Assembly (NCBI RefSeq): GCF_009834535.1
Contig: NC_045697.1
Span: 108,936,001 to 109,000,000 of the forward strand
From: Camelus ferus
Taxonomy: Eukaryota
DNA length: 64,000 nucleotides
Reading direction: 5' to 3'
Position numbers and translations under genes: made by a program. This document shows positions 12,681 through 25,332 of the stretch, piece by piece. Every line of letters starts with the position of its first letter. Positions within the stretch are counted from its first letter, which is position 1. The notes below the pieces were generated by a model. It saw only the letters and a list, made by a program, of their open reading frames with translations, searched no databases and was not told where the DNA came from.

Positions 12681-14194
12681 AAAACATTTTTTAACCTAAA
12701 CTACATTGTTAATCAGTGTATAAAAGGATAATCATTCTGCCATACTTAGATTATTTAAGCATTTATTGGAAAGTTGTAGTTAAGTGCCCTTGTTTTAAGA
12801 CATATATAGATAAATTGGAATGAACATGAGAAAAAGTAGCATGATTAAAATGTAGGAAATGGGTTTTATGAAAAAATGTTAGGAGTTGGGGCTATGTTAG
12901 CTCTCTGGAAAAGTAACTGAATGAGAATATAATAACTCTATTACTTGAACAATTACTACAGTAAGAGTACTAACCGTTTGCTTTTCCATTTCTAGAGCAA
13001 ATTTAGAAGAAATTATACTTAAATTTAGCCTAATGACAACAAATGTTGAAATCTGCCCAACAAATACATTGAAGAATCAATAATAATGTAAATCATGAAT
13101 AAATTAAAACTCATAAAAGTGAAGTGTACCTAGCCCCTGAGTTTTGTTTTAATGGAGTTTTGATCATTGCATACACATACTCATATTCCCAAATTTCTAC
13201 TTTTGAGATGAAACAGAGCTAAATTCTCAGATTTAGTCAGTCAGCAAAAGCCTAGAGTTCTAAGAATTATTTTTGCTGGAATGATTTAGTTATTTATTGT
13301 GAATGATTTTAGTAACTAATTTAGATTAGTGGTTTAAAGGGTTGAAGTTACAGAGAATAATTACCCTTGAAAGTAAAGCAAACAGTTGAAGTACCCAGTT
13401 ACCCCAGCACCATGTCTTTTGCTACTTTAGTTTGGAAAGTTCTGTGTCATTTGTTACATATATTCAACATATCTCATGTTGTGTCATGGGATTATTTCTC
13501 ATGCAAGATTAATAAACAGTAATAACTAGAACAACGGAGCTCTGTTCCTGGGATCATCAAGAAATGAAACTACGGTAGTCATTTTTTATTTATATAATAT
13601 AGAATATTATATAAGGGTTTCCTTATATAATAGAAACCCTTGTGCCTTGGATGTTAGAGATACAGTCTTTGCTTAAAATGGTCATTGGACTGGGTAACTT
13701 ATTAAATGCCTTCCAACTTAGCAAGTAATTTATGGATTAGTGTTTTCTGTATTGAAAAATGGAGATGCTATGGTGTGGGTTCAGAACATCTGAGTCTCTA
13801 ATAAGAAGCTGTTTTTACCTCTCTGGGCCCCATTTCTTCTGTAGTTTAATGTTAGACTAGTTGATTTCCATTGTCCTTCCCAGTTTTTAATTTTATGGTT
13901 CAACAGTTGTTTTTTTTTAAAGCAGATATCTTTCACTTTGAAAGATATCATTGATCTACTAGATCTATTGCATGTTTGGATTTTAATGTTAGATTCAATC
14001 TATAGGTTTTCATGTTAGAACTGGTGACTGTTTCTGATCAGAACTCATATCTGTGATATGAGGAAGTTGATTCTGATTCTGTCTTACTAGAAAATTTTAA
14101 CTATTAATTTGACACATTATATGTTTTCTAGAGACTGGGAAAGAATGTAGTTGAAATAAAATTATCTTACAAACATTAAAATATACTCAGCCAA

Positions 14195-14350
14195 CAGAGA
14201 ACCTATATTCAATATCTTGTAGTAACCTGTAATGAAAAAGAATATGAAAAGAAATATATGATTGTATATGTATGACTGAAACATTATGCTGAATACCAGA
14301 AATTGATACAGCATAATAAACTGACTATACTTCAATTTAAAAGAAGAAAG
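14195..14350 (+). mobile_element. L1 extreme 3' end
   Basis: tatattcaatatcttgtagtaacctgtaatgaaaaagaatatg...aactgactatacttcaatt followed by an A-rich tail. Degenerate actcagc repeat on both flanks. Confidence 0.8.
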
Positions 14351-14684
14351 ATACACACTCAGCTAAATGTGAAAGAATGTTAATAATTTTTTCAACTTGG
14401 TTTTAATTATCACTTCCCTAAAAATATGTAGCCTTTAGAATTTAAAATAAAGAAATTAATGGAAATAGCGGTTTTCTTTAAGTTTAATGCTGGACATTAG
14501 CAACAATGTTGGGTAGCTAGTTTTTCTTTGTAGATAACTAAGGCTCAGAGATGGTAAGTAATTTGCTGGGGTATTCCTGATACTGTATGGTAAACAGAGC
14601 CAGAATTTCAAACCCAGAGTTAGAACTTAAAACTCAGTTGTGTTTGAGAATAATCTAAGTAGCTTTTAAAAAACTATAGTTTCA

Positions 14685-14895
14685 TAATGTACAGCATGGT
14701 GACTATAGTTAATAATAATGTATTATGTACTTAAAATTGCTAAGAGAATAGATCTGAAGTGTTTTCAGCACACACACACAAAAGGTAACTATGTGAAGTG
14801 ATGGATGTAATCATTTCACAGTGTATACATATATGTCAAAACATCACTTTGTACACCTTAAATAGATCCAGTTTTTATTTGTCTAATAAATAATT
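14685..14895 (+). mobile_element. L1MA8/9-like 3' end
   Basis: aatgtacagcatggtgactatagttaataat...ttgctaagaga...ggtaactatgtga...tgtacaccttaaat. Confidence 0.8.
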
Positions 14896-15054
14896 AATGG
14901 AAACCAAAAAACAATCGAATAATGAAGCTAAAAGTGTCATCCCCCCAAAAAAGCCCTACAGATACTTGCTTCACTGACGATCAGATCTTGTGGAGTGTCC
15001 CAGGTATGTTTTAAAAGCTGCAGAAGTGATTCTTATGATCAGAATAGCACTCTA

Positions 15055-15220
15055 TTTTAGCACTTCTCAAACTTCAAATACATAAAAATCATGTGAGGAC
15101 CATGTGAAATGCAGATTCTGGTCCACTAGTTCTGGGACAGGGTCTGAGTTTTGCATTTCTAATGAGCTCCCAGGTGACAACTAATGGAGGCTCCTCGCAT
15201 CCATACTGTGAGCAGCAATG
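15055..15220. mobile_element. MER5-like hAT fossil
   Basis: cttctcaaactt...aaatgcagattctg...tgcatttctaatgagctcccaggtga. Confidence 0.7.
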
Positions 15221-15754
15221 ATCTACACTATGTGATATTTAATTTATGATTGGAAAATTTCAGCTACAATTTCTGTGAAGGCCATGATTCATTCACATTT
15301 CTGTGAATTTTAATTATGAATTTGATACAGCGTTACATGCCTTTGGATTTCTACTTGAAGAGCATTCTTTCTTATGTTAGGATAGCATGTTATAAAATAT
15401 TTACTTGAGCTTTAAATCATTCAGCTATGGAACTTTAATCACATTGTTTTAATTGATTTGGAAATAGCAAAGCCTAGGTGAAGTCCTGTTTAGACGTAAT
15501 CTTGCCCAGTTTCTTCTTAAGAGTTATGTGTGATGTTTGGTTTTAATAATTCGATGAAAAGTTTATACAAGAACTCAGCCTAGTGGCATCCATTTATTAT
15601 TAGTCCATTCCTGCAAGAAAGCAGATATATTAACTGCAGCTTTTAATCCTAGTTTTTGAATATTTTAAAGGAAATGTTGGTAAACCTGTATTCAAAATGT
15701 ACAGTATGTGGAGGAAGAAAAGGATTTTCACAGTTGAATGTCTGCCCTTTTCAG

Positions 15755-15850
15755 GTTCCCCAGCACCACCATTGCCATCTGTTATGTCTCCTAGCAGGGT
15801 GGCAGCTAGTCGACTGGCTCAACAAGGAAGTGATTTAATTGTTCCTGCAG
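15755..15850 (+). CDS. ARFIP1: Arfaptin-1 cassette exon (96 nt, symmetric phase 1-1; long vs short isoform)
   Basis: Acceptor cttttcag| and weak donor |gtattc. Translates (G)SPAPPLPSVMSPSRVAASRLAQQGSDLIVPA(G). The 32 codons equal the known length difference between the long and short arfaptin-1 isoforms. Confidence 0.93.
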
Positions 15851-17422
15851 GTATTCACTGCACTGATTGGATAAAGCCCTTCTTGCTACAGGCTGAAGCT
15901 AAACTAATTCACTCAGTTTCGTAATCACTTGCTTATATTCTTAGGTGTGTGTTACTCTGGCTTTTTTGGTGGCTGCTGCTGTTTTTTTTTAACAATAAGG
16001 GAAATCATCTGTCTAGCCATAGCCTATCTTTCTGGCTTTTCAGTTATTAGGCTGTATTTCAAACCTGAAATTTAACTCACTTTAAGATTTAAAAACATTG
16101 TAAAATGTGATTCATTTTGAATCATCCTTTCTTTGTCCTGGAAAATGTATTTACTTATTTGATCCTAAACTCTCGGCTTTGCAGCTCTTAACTCTTTTTT
16201 CAATTAAACAAAAAAAGGAGCCTTCAACAGTTGGAGTGTTCATTATTTGGAATGAGTCAAGTAGAAAAGGTTGTGTCTTCTTTTTTTTCAATTTCAGCTT
16301 ACCGATAGCTGTCAGATTGCAACACAATACTATGTAATTTACCAGTTACACTCAGTGGAAAATACTTGTGAAAAATCCATTTCTTTACATTGAATATGCT
16401 CTGTATTTTAATATTGCTGGACTGTAAAAATGGGGGAAGCTGAATTCTATATTTCTTTTTATATGAAATGTTAATATTTTATATTTTGTTTCTATGAGAA
16501 TTTTGTAAATTCTTAAATGTGTTTGATTTTATATACTGACTCAATCTTAGATTGTAGTAAAGATGTGATGAAGGCTGGTCTGGCTATAGGAGCAAGAAAA
16601 GAAATTCTTGCTGATGCTAACTTTTTGAAACCATTTTGTAAAATGTCTTCTCTTGTCTTTATGTTATTGTTATTTTTAAAATTACTGTAAGGTGTCTATC
16701 CCAAGTCATTAGCATCATAGATGTTTATTAGATATTTTCTTCTATGAAAGGTACTTTACTATTAGGAACTATATAGTTATAGAGTTGCTTTTATGTAATA
16801 ATTTCTTAATTGTTGGAGCAGCACATGGTCAGGGCTTTATACTGCCTTTATTAATTATGGCTTTTTTCGAAGGGGAGACTCGAGAAAAAACGAGGTACAA
16901 TGTAGGTCTTGTTTTAACACAGCCTCTCAGACTGGTGGTAAGATATTTTTAATGACTATTTAAAATTACAGTATTTTTAAAATCCTCCAAAGTTCTAGTA
17001 ACAATCTGTTGTTGCTCTGTTCTACGTAGTACAGTGAAAAATCACTGTGAAGAGTACTTGGCCTTTCAGATTTTTACTGACAGTTTTTTCTAGGATCATT
17101 AGGTTATAAGAGTAATTGTGGAAACTTTGTTTTTCTTAAAGCAAACAGCAACTTATTTAGAAAAGAAGGCTGATTGCAGCATTTTTTTTAAGAAGGCAGG
17201 CAAACCACATAGTATTTGAGTTTAATGGACAAAAATTTGTTTTAAGTGTTAGGAAATTATTCTCAAAATGATTCCAGGAATTCCTAGTCATTTACCTTGT
17301 GGAAACCTTATTATTTCTTTAAATGAATAAGTAGTTTAATTTGAACAGCATCAGTGTTCTGTTTTCTTTCTCTACTTGTCTTTATCTGATTTACATTTGT
17401 ATCTTTTGTTACGATCATGCAG

Positions 17423-17535
17423 GTGGCCAGAGAACACAGACAAAAAGTGGGCCAGTTATTCTAGCAGATGAAACTAAAAATCCTGCAATGGAAAAGTTAG
17501 AGCTTGTTAGAAAGTGGAGTCTAAACACCTACAAG
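17423..17535 (+). CDS. ARFIP1: Arfaptin-1 coding exon (113 nt), amphipathic helix region with PKD site
   Basis: Acceptor catgcag| and donor |gtttgt. Translates (G)GQRTQTKSGPVILADETKNPAMEKLELVRKWSLNTYK. The LVRKWS (LxRxxS) serine codon at 17518-17520 corresponds to Ser132 if 31 upstream residues are assumed. Confidence 0.96.
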
Positions 17536-20500
17536 GTTTGTGATTGCTTTTTAATGTTTCCACCCTAACTGACTCTAAGAATTGTCATTTGTATGTTATT
17601 CAAATTATTATTTTCCAACTATATGAATATATAGAAGAGAGTAATCCCATTTAAACGTAAAAATACAATTAGAAAATGAAGTATTTATTGATCTTTGCAT
17701 AAATGTAATTTAAAAAATCAGTAGCAAAAGATTAAAAAAGCTACTAAAGTTCTTACTAATTGACAAATAACACAATTAAAGAAGAAATATATTGCCTGGG
17801 GATACCTTTAGCTGTAGAAATGCTATAGCTATGTTTGCCCCCACCTCCATCTTTTTGATACTTTATAGCAACTGAATGTCAGGAGGGGTGTATTAGTTTT
17901 CCAAAGTTTGGGATTCTCTGATGTTATTGTGATAACTAAGCATTAACTGTACAGACAGCAAATGAGTTGGATTTCAGAGTTTCATAGTAGTTAGTTGTAT
18001 TACTTCGGAGTAATTGGTGGTTATTTTTCTTATGTTCTCCATAAAACAAATAAGCAAATTATTTAATCTATACTATATTTGATATATTACAAATAGTTCA
18101 AGCCCCAAATCCGCTTAGTTACCTATATGTGTGTGTTTATCATCTATTCCTCTTCTTCTGTCTCTCACCTGTATAATAATCTGAGTTGAATCGTTTTTAA
18201 GATTTCGTAGTTATCTCTGTATTAACATACTGCATTCAGACATTCTTAAAACTTCTGTTAATGAAAATGACCAGTCTTCATAATGTTGTACACATGGCAT
18301 AATACTATGTGAAGGAGTTATCATTCTCTCTGAGTTTTATTTTTAACTAAAAATTTTTTTCATCGGACTAGTTTAGATATCTCAGTCTAAGTCAAAAGAG
18401 AAAGTTCTAGCTTACGTGATTTTATTGAGTTTGTAGCCCAGTGTGCGTGGGCTGACATATGACTCTCTGATCTTGTGGCTTTTTGACCTTTTTGGTCCAA
18501 ATTGTGAGCTAATGTAGGATATTCATTGTCATATGATAATCCTTCAAGTACGATTCTGATTTGGGTGATTTAGGACTGTGCTTTTTTGTCCATTTTACTC
18601 TTGAGGAACTTGGTTCTGGCCATGACTTTGATCTTCTCTTTCTTGGACTTCAGTTCCTTCATGATTCCTACCTTTAACGTCTTCTGTCTGGTTTTATTCT
18701 CTAACAAATGCTTAAGGCTTTTCCTCAAAGAGGATATTAGCACTTCCTGTATTGTTTGTTAATTTTGGCTCCAAGACGAACCTGGTGATTAATACCAAAT
18801 ATGTAATAGGACTGCTTTTAAGTTTAGGCCTTGCGTCTATCGTCTGAAATATTATTTTAATCTACTTGATTTTGTTCACAAAATGTGAGTCCAGAATGTA
18901 TTCATTTTCTTAATTATTCTCGTCTGCAGGAATAATTGTGAATGGTGAACTCTGGTTTATTATTGTTTTCGTTTGGCTTTGAATTTTGCTAGTGTAGAAT
19001 AGGGTACTTTTAGAAGTCCTGTTATTTTTTAAGAATAATCTCAGTTTCAGCATTTAGCGCTGTCATCTTTCCTAAACATTCAGTGCTTTTTTTTAGATGT
19101 TTAAGAATTTACCATCAGTATTCACACCTTTATCAAATTAATAATTGTGGTCTTTAAGCTAGTGTCTTTTAAACTTTCATTCTTGTTTTTCTTATCCTAT
19201 TGCCTTATGTATTTACTGATTGACCTATTTCTCCTGTTCAGTTTCTTGTATTTCCCTTTATGCTCCCTTCTTCCCTATCCTTCACTCTTAACAACTCTTT
19301 TAATATCTGTCAGTTGTTGCCATGAAATTACTCTTTTCTTTGTACTTAAATGGTTTAATTCTTTTTTTTTTCTGCATTATAGATAAAGCTTTGGCGGTAT
19401 TTAAATACTGAGAGTACACAGTGACTGTCTTAAATTCATGGTGTGCGCGATGATGATTCATGTTTCGTACACTGTTTATTTGCCCTCCCCCAAGTAGGAG
19501 GTCCATGTAGGGCAATCATTTCCTTTGCTTTTTCCCCCCTTTAACTTTGGTCTATTTGGCCTGATGGCTTCAAAATGAATTCTTAATTTATAAGTATGGA
19601 AAACTGAGTAGGACCACCAGCTCATTGGAAGTCATCTACATTTTAAGGAATTTTGAAGAAGGGTAAAGAACTGAGATTCTTAATTCTCTTCTGTTTTGAA
19701 CTTGCTTTATTATATATACCGATCTCTAATTTTGTATTTTAATTTCAGTATTTACTAGGAAGCAACTTAAATAAAAATCTATCCTTCAGTGGTCATATGA
19801 GAAACTTGCTCTGGGACCTTAATGAGTGGAGAAATGACTAGCAATTTTGTATTTTCTCACTACAGTTTTCTTTACAAAGCTCCACATAGGCTCTCTGTGG
19901 CACTCTTATTTCCTTAAGAGTGATTAGTTACCTATATTGGATTACAAGCTCTGTAAGTTCAGTTTCAAAACTTGTTTCAAGTGTCCAGATTTATCTTATT
20001 ATGCCTCATATTCACTGTTGCCTTACTTCTTCCACTGCCATAGCTTCCAGGAAACAAAAAGCATTTCCTCGTTAAACCTTTGACCCTACTGTCTGCTTGT
20101 AACCGTTACTTCTGTGGAAAAAAGTGACCATTCAGACAACAGTAGACGTTTCTTTCGTTTTGCCCAATCTACCAAGCCCCTTCAATGAGTTCTGGCCCCT
20201 GACTTTCAACAGACTATTATATCTGGGTTGCTATGGAAGGGACCACATGCTTTGGCTTGCGAGTAGAGTAAATGTCTCTGGTAATATTATGTTGCATAGG
20301 GAAAGTCCTGGTGTGGATGAAAAGTGAGATTGAGTGGCTTATCTCCTTTTATCTTGTTACCATTTCAGATATTATTTCTTGCTGATGTTTCTCTCATGAA
20401 GATCACAAAATCTGCAGTTAAACTTTCCTCCTGTTGTGATTTTCATCTCCCAGAAGTGTCTGTATGTTTTCCGTAGAAATAGTTTTATCTCCCTTTTGTG

Positions 20501-21870
20501 AGTTTGGCCTCTCACCATTCCTATCATTTTCTATGTAGTTATTTCTCTATTAAAAGAAAACTCCTTTATAAAAAATGTTTATTCATAAAGATCATTAATT
20601 GGTGATAATAGAGAATGTGAAGAAATCCATTTCAATCTTAAATAGAAAAAATATGGGTAACATGTAATATGCTAACATTAAAAGGATAAATATAGACTTA
20701 TGCATATTGATGGGGAGAAGTCTTAAGAGATTTGTTTTTAGACGAGAAATGCTCAGGATATTATGTGTAGCATAGCATAGTTTCATGTTTACTTTAAAAA
20801 TATTATATATGTGATTATATAGATTTTAAGGAGCATCTAGACTGTACCCATCAAGCTGTTAATAGTTTTCTACTATTTAGTCAGATTAAAGGAAGGAAGA
20901 GGAAATTCACCTTTTATTTCGTTCATTATTTTAATTTCTTCAACAAACAGTAATTCTGTAACCAAAACTTTGAAAGAGGTGATAAAAGAGCAAGTTTGTA
21001 AATTTAAAAAACTGTAATACTTATTTACTACTTTTTAGAATATTTTTGTTAACTTTAAATGATGAGGAGTATATTAATGCCCTATGTAGTTACCCTTAAA
21101 GTGTATTATTAAGTAGTGAATTTGCTTATAATTTTTTATTTCTAACAAAAATTATTGGAAAACTTATTTCCATGTGCTCTGAAATTAGGTACTTTAAAAA
21201 AAATTACAAGTTCCTGTATCATTTCTAGGACAGAAAAGAGTAACATAATTTAATATTACTCTATCTGGGCAAAAGTAGAAGAATAATTCAGGAATCTCTG
21301 TTCTCTTTCTCTGTCCCTCCCCATCTCCCCTCCCTCCCCACCTCTTCTTCTTCTTTCTTCTCCCTTTCTTCCCTTCATTCTTCCTACTCACACACATATA
21401 CACAGCTATTTAAGGGGGAGATAGAAAGGAAAAAAGCTTTTGAAACCAATAGGAGAGTGGAATTTTGGTATTCTTATTATACCTATATTAATAGTCCAGT
21501 GTTGTTCATAAATCAATGCCAAGTATCTCAGTTGCTTTAAATAATCTCTAAAACAGCTGAGATACTTGTGCACAAAGCTTGAATGATGGTTATGTGAGAG
21601 AGCTCACCTGGCAGGATATAAATTAGCTAGATAAGTCTTAAAACTTCCTCTGATTAGTAATAGTTATTTGACATGTCTGGTAAATTTACCTTCTGAGTTC
21701 TGATGGACTTCTAAGGGGGCTGACAATTTTCAGTTTGTTGGGCTGGTTTGTTTGAAGCCAGAAATGGTGTATGTCATGTGCTCTAGCATTTGTACTTTGG
21801 ACTGCTGTATTACTGTTTTTTCTTTTGTTCTTTTTTTCTTCCTAAACAAAGTACATCTTTCCACTTTCAG

Positions 21871-22092
21871 TGCACTCGGCAGATTATCTCTGAGAAGCTA
21901 GGCCGTGGATCAAGAACTGTGGACCTTGAACTTGAAGCTCAGATTGATATATTAAGAGATAACAAGAAGAAATATGAAAATATTCTAAAACTGGCTCAGA
22001 CATTGTCAACCCAGCTTTTCCAGATGGTGCATACCCAAAGGCAACTCGGAGATGCATTTGCTGACCTGAGTTTGAAGTCACTAGAACTCCAT
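21871..22092 (+). CDS. ARFIP1: Arfaptin-1 coding exon (222 nt), start of AH/BAR domain
   Basis: Acceptor ccactttcag| and donor |gtaaga. Translates CTRQIISEKLGRGSRTVDLELEAQIDILRDNKKKYENILKLAQTLSTQLFQMVHTQRQLGDAFADLSLKSLELH. Confidence 0.97.
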
Positions 22093-22879
22093 GTAAGATT
22101 ATTTGAAATAACTCCTGGGGAGTGAGGGGGATGAAAATGGCAGTAGGAGAATTCTGAGAGGTAATTTGTTACATTTCTTATTTGCTGAACTCTTAATAAG
22201 CTTGGACTCTTGAGGTGTTCTTTTAGATATTTCATATAATTTTCAAGAAGGCCCAACTGACTTTTGTCAACATAGTGATCCAGTTGTACCCTAAAGAAGA
22301 TGTCAGCTAGAGGTTTCAGGCGAAGGGAACTTGGATAGAGGAAGGAAAAGGAGTCCTCAGCCTGCCTGAGCCTAGGAAGGATCATACTGTGCACAACTGG
22401 GCGTGAGTAATAAGTAAATTCAGGCACCTGCTGGAAGTCTCTTACCTAGTCTCTAAGTGTCCTGAACAAACAGTAACTTGCTTGACCGGATTTGTGATAC
22501 ACTTCTACTGAAATCAGTAATACAAATTACGAATTTCAGAATGAAATTATTTTTCTGCATATATTCAGCTAAGCATTCCTAACAATTTCTTACAATAACT
22601 TACGTGACTCCTTCTATGTCTTTTTTTCTCGCCGAGAGCCAAAAGGTGCAGAAATCCCTTGCCTACAGACTAGAAGCTGGAACAGATAATTTAGAGCATT
22701 AAATCATTTGGTAATATCTAGACTCTTGGACAAAGAAAATTTGACTAGAGATGACAGTATACATCATAATAGAGAAAAATATTGAGATTCAGTTCTAAAT
22801 GAGTCATTAAACATACAAAAAGAAGAACAAAGCTAATATTTAGGAAGCTGAGTTGCAATTGTTGAGTATCCACAATTTC

Positions 22880-23060
22880 AATGTAATGGGCTAGGTGCTT
22901 TATAGCCATTATATCATGTAACTTATCTGACAACACTGCAAGAAATGTTATCCCCATTTTATAGATGAGGAAATTGAGGCCAACAGACATTAGGTAGTTT
23001 TTACAAGATCACAAAACAAACAAAAGATAGAACTGGAATATACACCCAGGCCTTTCTGTT
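22880..23060. mobile_element. MIR
   Basis: tatccccattttatagatgaggaaattgaggc core. Confidence 0.75.
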
Positions 23061-23392
23061 TCTGCATGGTCTCCTGCTGTCTCTTTAAGTGGAATCTGTA
23101 GAGGATCTCTGACCCAGAGAAAAGCTCCCACAGTATGGAAAGAGGTAACCAGAGTATAGGGTCTAGGGAAGTGTTGGAGCAGTGTTACCAGTGACGCTAC
23201 CTTCACTAGACCCTGTTAATTATAATTGTTAACACAGATTGGGGGTTACTATACACCAGGTACAATTCTGTCGTTTATATGTGTATTTGCTCATCTAACG
23301 CTCAGCTGTAGCTAGCAGTACTTTTATTATCCTTCTTTTCTGGATGTGAAATTCCCCCCCCCCCTTTTTTTTAAACAAAACTGAGAGATTAA

Positions 23393-24798
23393 TCCTCAGT
23401 ATTTTAAGCCTATTGGACCCAGTTTTAATTTTTGAGTTTCTTATTTGAGCATTTCTAACCCTTCATAAGGATTGATATTTCATGACTCTTTTAATTTTTT
23501 CTTAGAGGTCTTCCAATGAGAAAATTTACTTATTTTTTTAATTGAATTAAACTTTGTCTTGCAACTACCATATGGGTCCATTGGGAATCAAAGACACAGT
23601 ATGGGATCTTAGTAATCTTATTTTCCTACATCTTAAAACATTTTGCTGTTTCATCATCCTAGGAATTATTTCATCATTACTCATCAGTTTTTCCCTACCA
23701 TGTTAAAAATGACTAATATAATAAAACAAAAGAATGAGAGCATTACCTAGAAGAATGATTCACTTGTGAAATAAATACTTCTTGTTTGTTTGCATTCTCA
23801 AAAAGAATCTGGAGAAACTATTTCTGTAGTCTTTTTTTTTTAATGTTCATGCAGCATAGCTAAGAATTCAAAATTTTTCATTTTTGCACATAATGGAAAG
23901 AGAATACAATAGAAGATGATGACATTTCACAAATATTACACAAATCAAAAGATGACTACAAAGAGACCATAGTATTGACTCTTAACAGTGATGGCAAAAT
24001 TGATTATATCAGTGAAATCTCAGGCTATAAGTGTTCCAGTGATGATATCCTGGATGAATTTTCTTAAAGAGTCACTGAATAACAATATATTTTTAAGGAC
24101 AAAAAGGAAATATGGTATTGTATCAGACAAGATTCTCAAAAGAAATAATCAATAGGATATATAGCTATATAGAGTTTTATTTTAAGAAATTGGTTCATGT
24201 GTTTGTGGAGGCTGGTATATCCAAAATCTGCAGGGTAGACTGGCAGCTGGAGACCCACAGAAGAGTTGCAGTATGAGTACAAAGGCAGTCTGCTAGCAGA
24301 ATTCCTTCTAGCCCAGGAGATGTCAGACTTTGTTCTATTAAGGTCTTCAACTGATTGTAGGAGACCCACTCACATTGTGGAGGGCAGTCTGCTCTACAGA
24401 TTATACACTGATCAAAATATAAGTCTCATCTACAAAAACACTCTCACAGAAACATTCAGAATAATGTTTGACCAGATATCTGGACACTGTGGCCCAGCCA
24501 AGTTGACACATAAACCATCACAAATGTTTTCATCTAGTTAGTTGTTCAACAGGAATGACCCCAACATGTAACATTTTTTGACAGAAATGCATCTGGACCA
24601 TCCTATTTTGCTAAAAAGACATGATATATTCTTCTTTTATGATATTTATGCACCAAAATGTACTTTGTATGTTTGTTAGTGAACAGATACTGAGAGTAAG
24701 TGTGTATACAAAAATGATTTCAAGGAAATGGATAATATAGAAATTTTTTAAAATTCATTGGATTCGATATTCTAATTGCTGTTTGTAAGTGTAAAAAT
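23393..24798 (+). mobile_element. piggyBac DNA transposon fossil (Looper-like), 5' part, interrupted at 24119-24522
   Basis: Begins after TTAA (23389-92). Decayed transposase: acidic N-terminus (SDGKIDYISEISGYKCSSDDILDEFS), QYIFKDKKEIWY (24083-24118), GPSYFAKKT (24595-24621), DFKEMDNIE / KFIGFDILIAVCKCKN (24716-24798, frameshifted). Confidence 0.7.
24119..24522 (-). mobile_element. MLT2 (ERVL) solo LTR
   Basis: tgtatcag...aagaaattggttcatg...gaataatgtttgaccagatatctgg...ggcccagccaagttgacacataaaccatcaca, with TG/CA ends. Confidence 0.88.
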
Positions 24799-24866
24799 AA
24801 TGGTAAACTAGTACCTATTGGAGATGAATTTGAAATCTGAAATCAATAGTTATAGGATGGATGTTT

Positions 24867-25332
24867 TGTATCAGTCAGTGTTTTCCACAGAAATAGAATC
24901 AATACGAGATATGTACCTAATACACGCACACTCACACATACACACACACACACATTTTGAGGTTTATTTTAAGGAATTGGCTCTCACTATTCTAGGGATT
25001 GGCAAGTCTGAAATCTGTAGGATAGACCAGCAGGCTAGAAACTCAGACAGGATTTCTGTATTACAATTTTAAAACAATTCCTTCTTCGGTAAACCTCAAT
25101 CAGTCTTTTGCTCTTAAGGCCTTCAGCTGATTGGATGAGGCCCACTCACACTATGGAGGATAATCTCCTTGAAGTCAACTTGAAATCACATCTACAATGT
25201 TTATCAGTATAAATGTTAATGTTAATCACATCAACAAAATCTGTACCTTCATAGCAACATCTGGACTAAAGTTTGACCAAACAACTGGACACCATTGTCA
25301 AATCAAGTTGGCTCATAAAATTCACTATCACA
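24867..25332 (-). mobile_element. MLT2 (ERVL) 3' LTR
   Basis: tgtatcagtcag...aaggaattggctc...gattggatgaggcccactcaca...tttgaccaaacaactgg...ctatcaca. Internal (CA)n. Confidence 0.88.

Noticed and set aside
21996..22427. Antisense ORFs overlapping ARFIP1 exons (also 29025-29225, 36196-36432, 61542-62021)
   Set aside because: Shadow frames of coding exons, with no independent protein similarity that I recognise.
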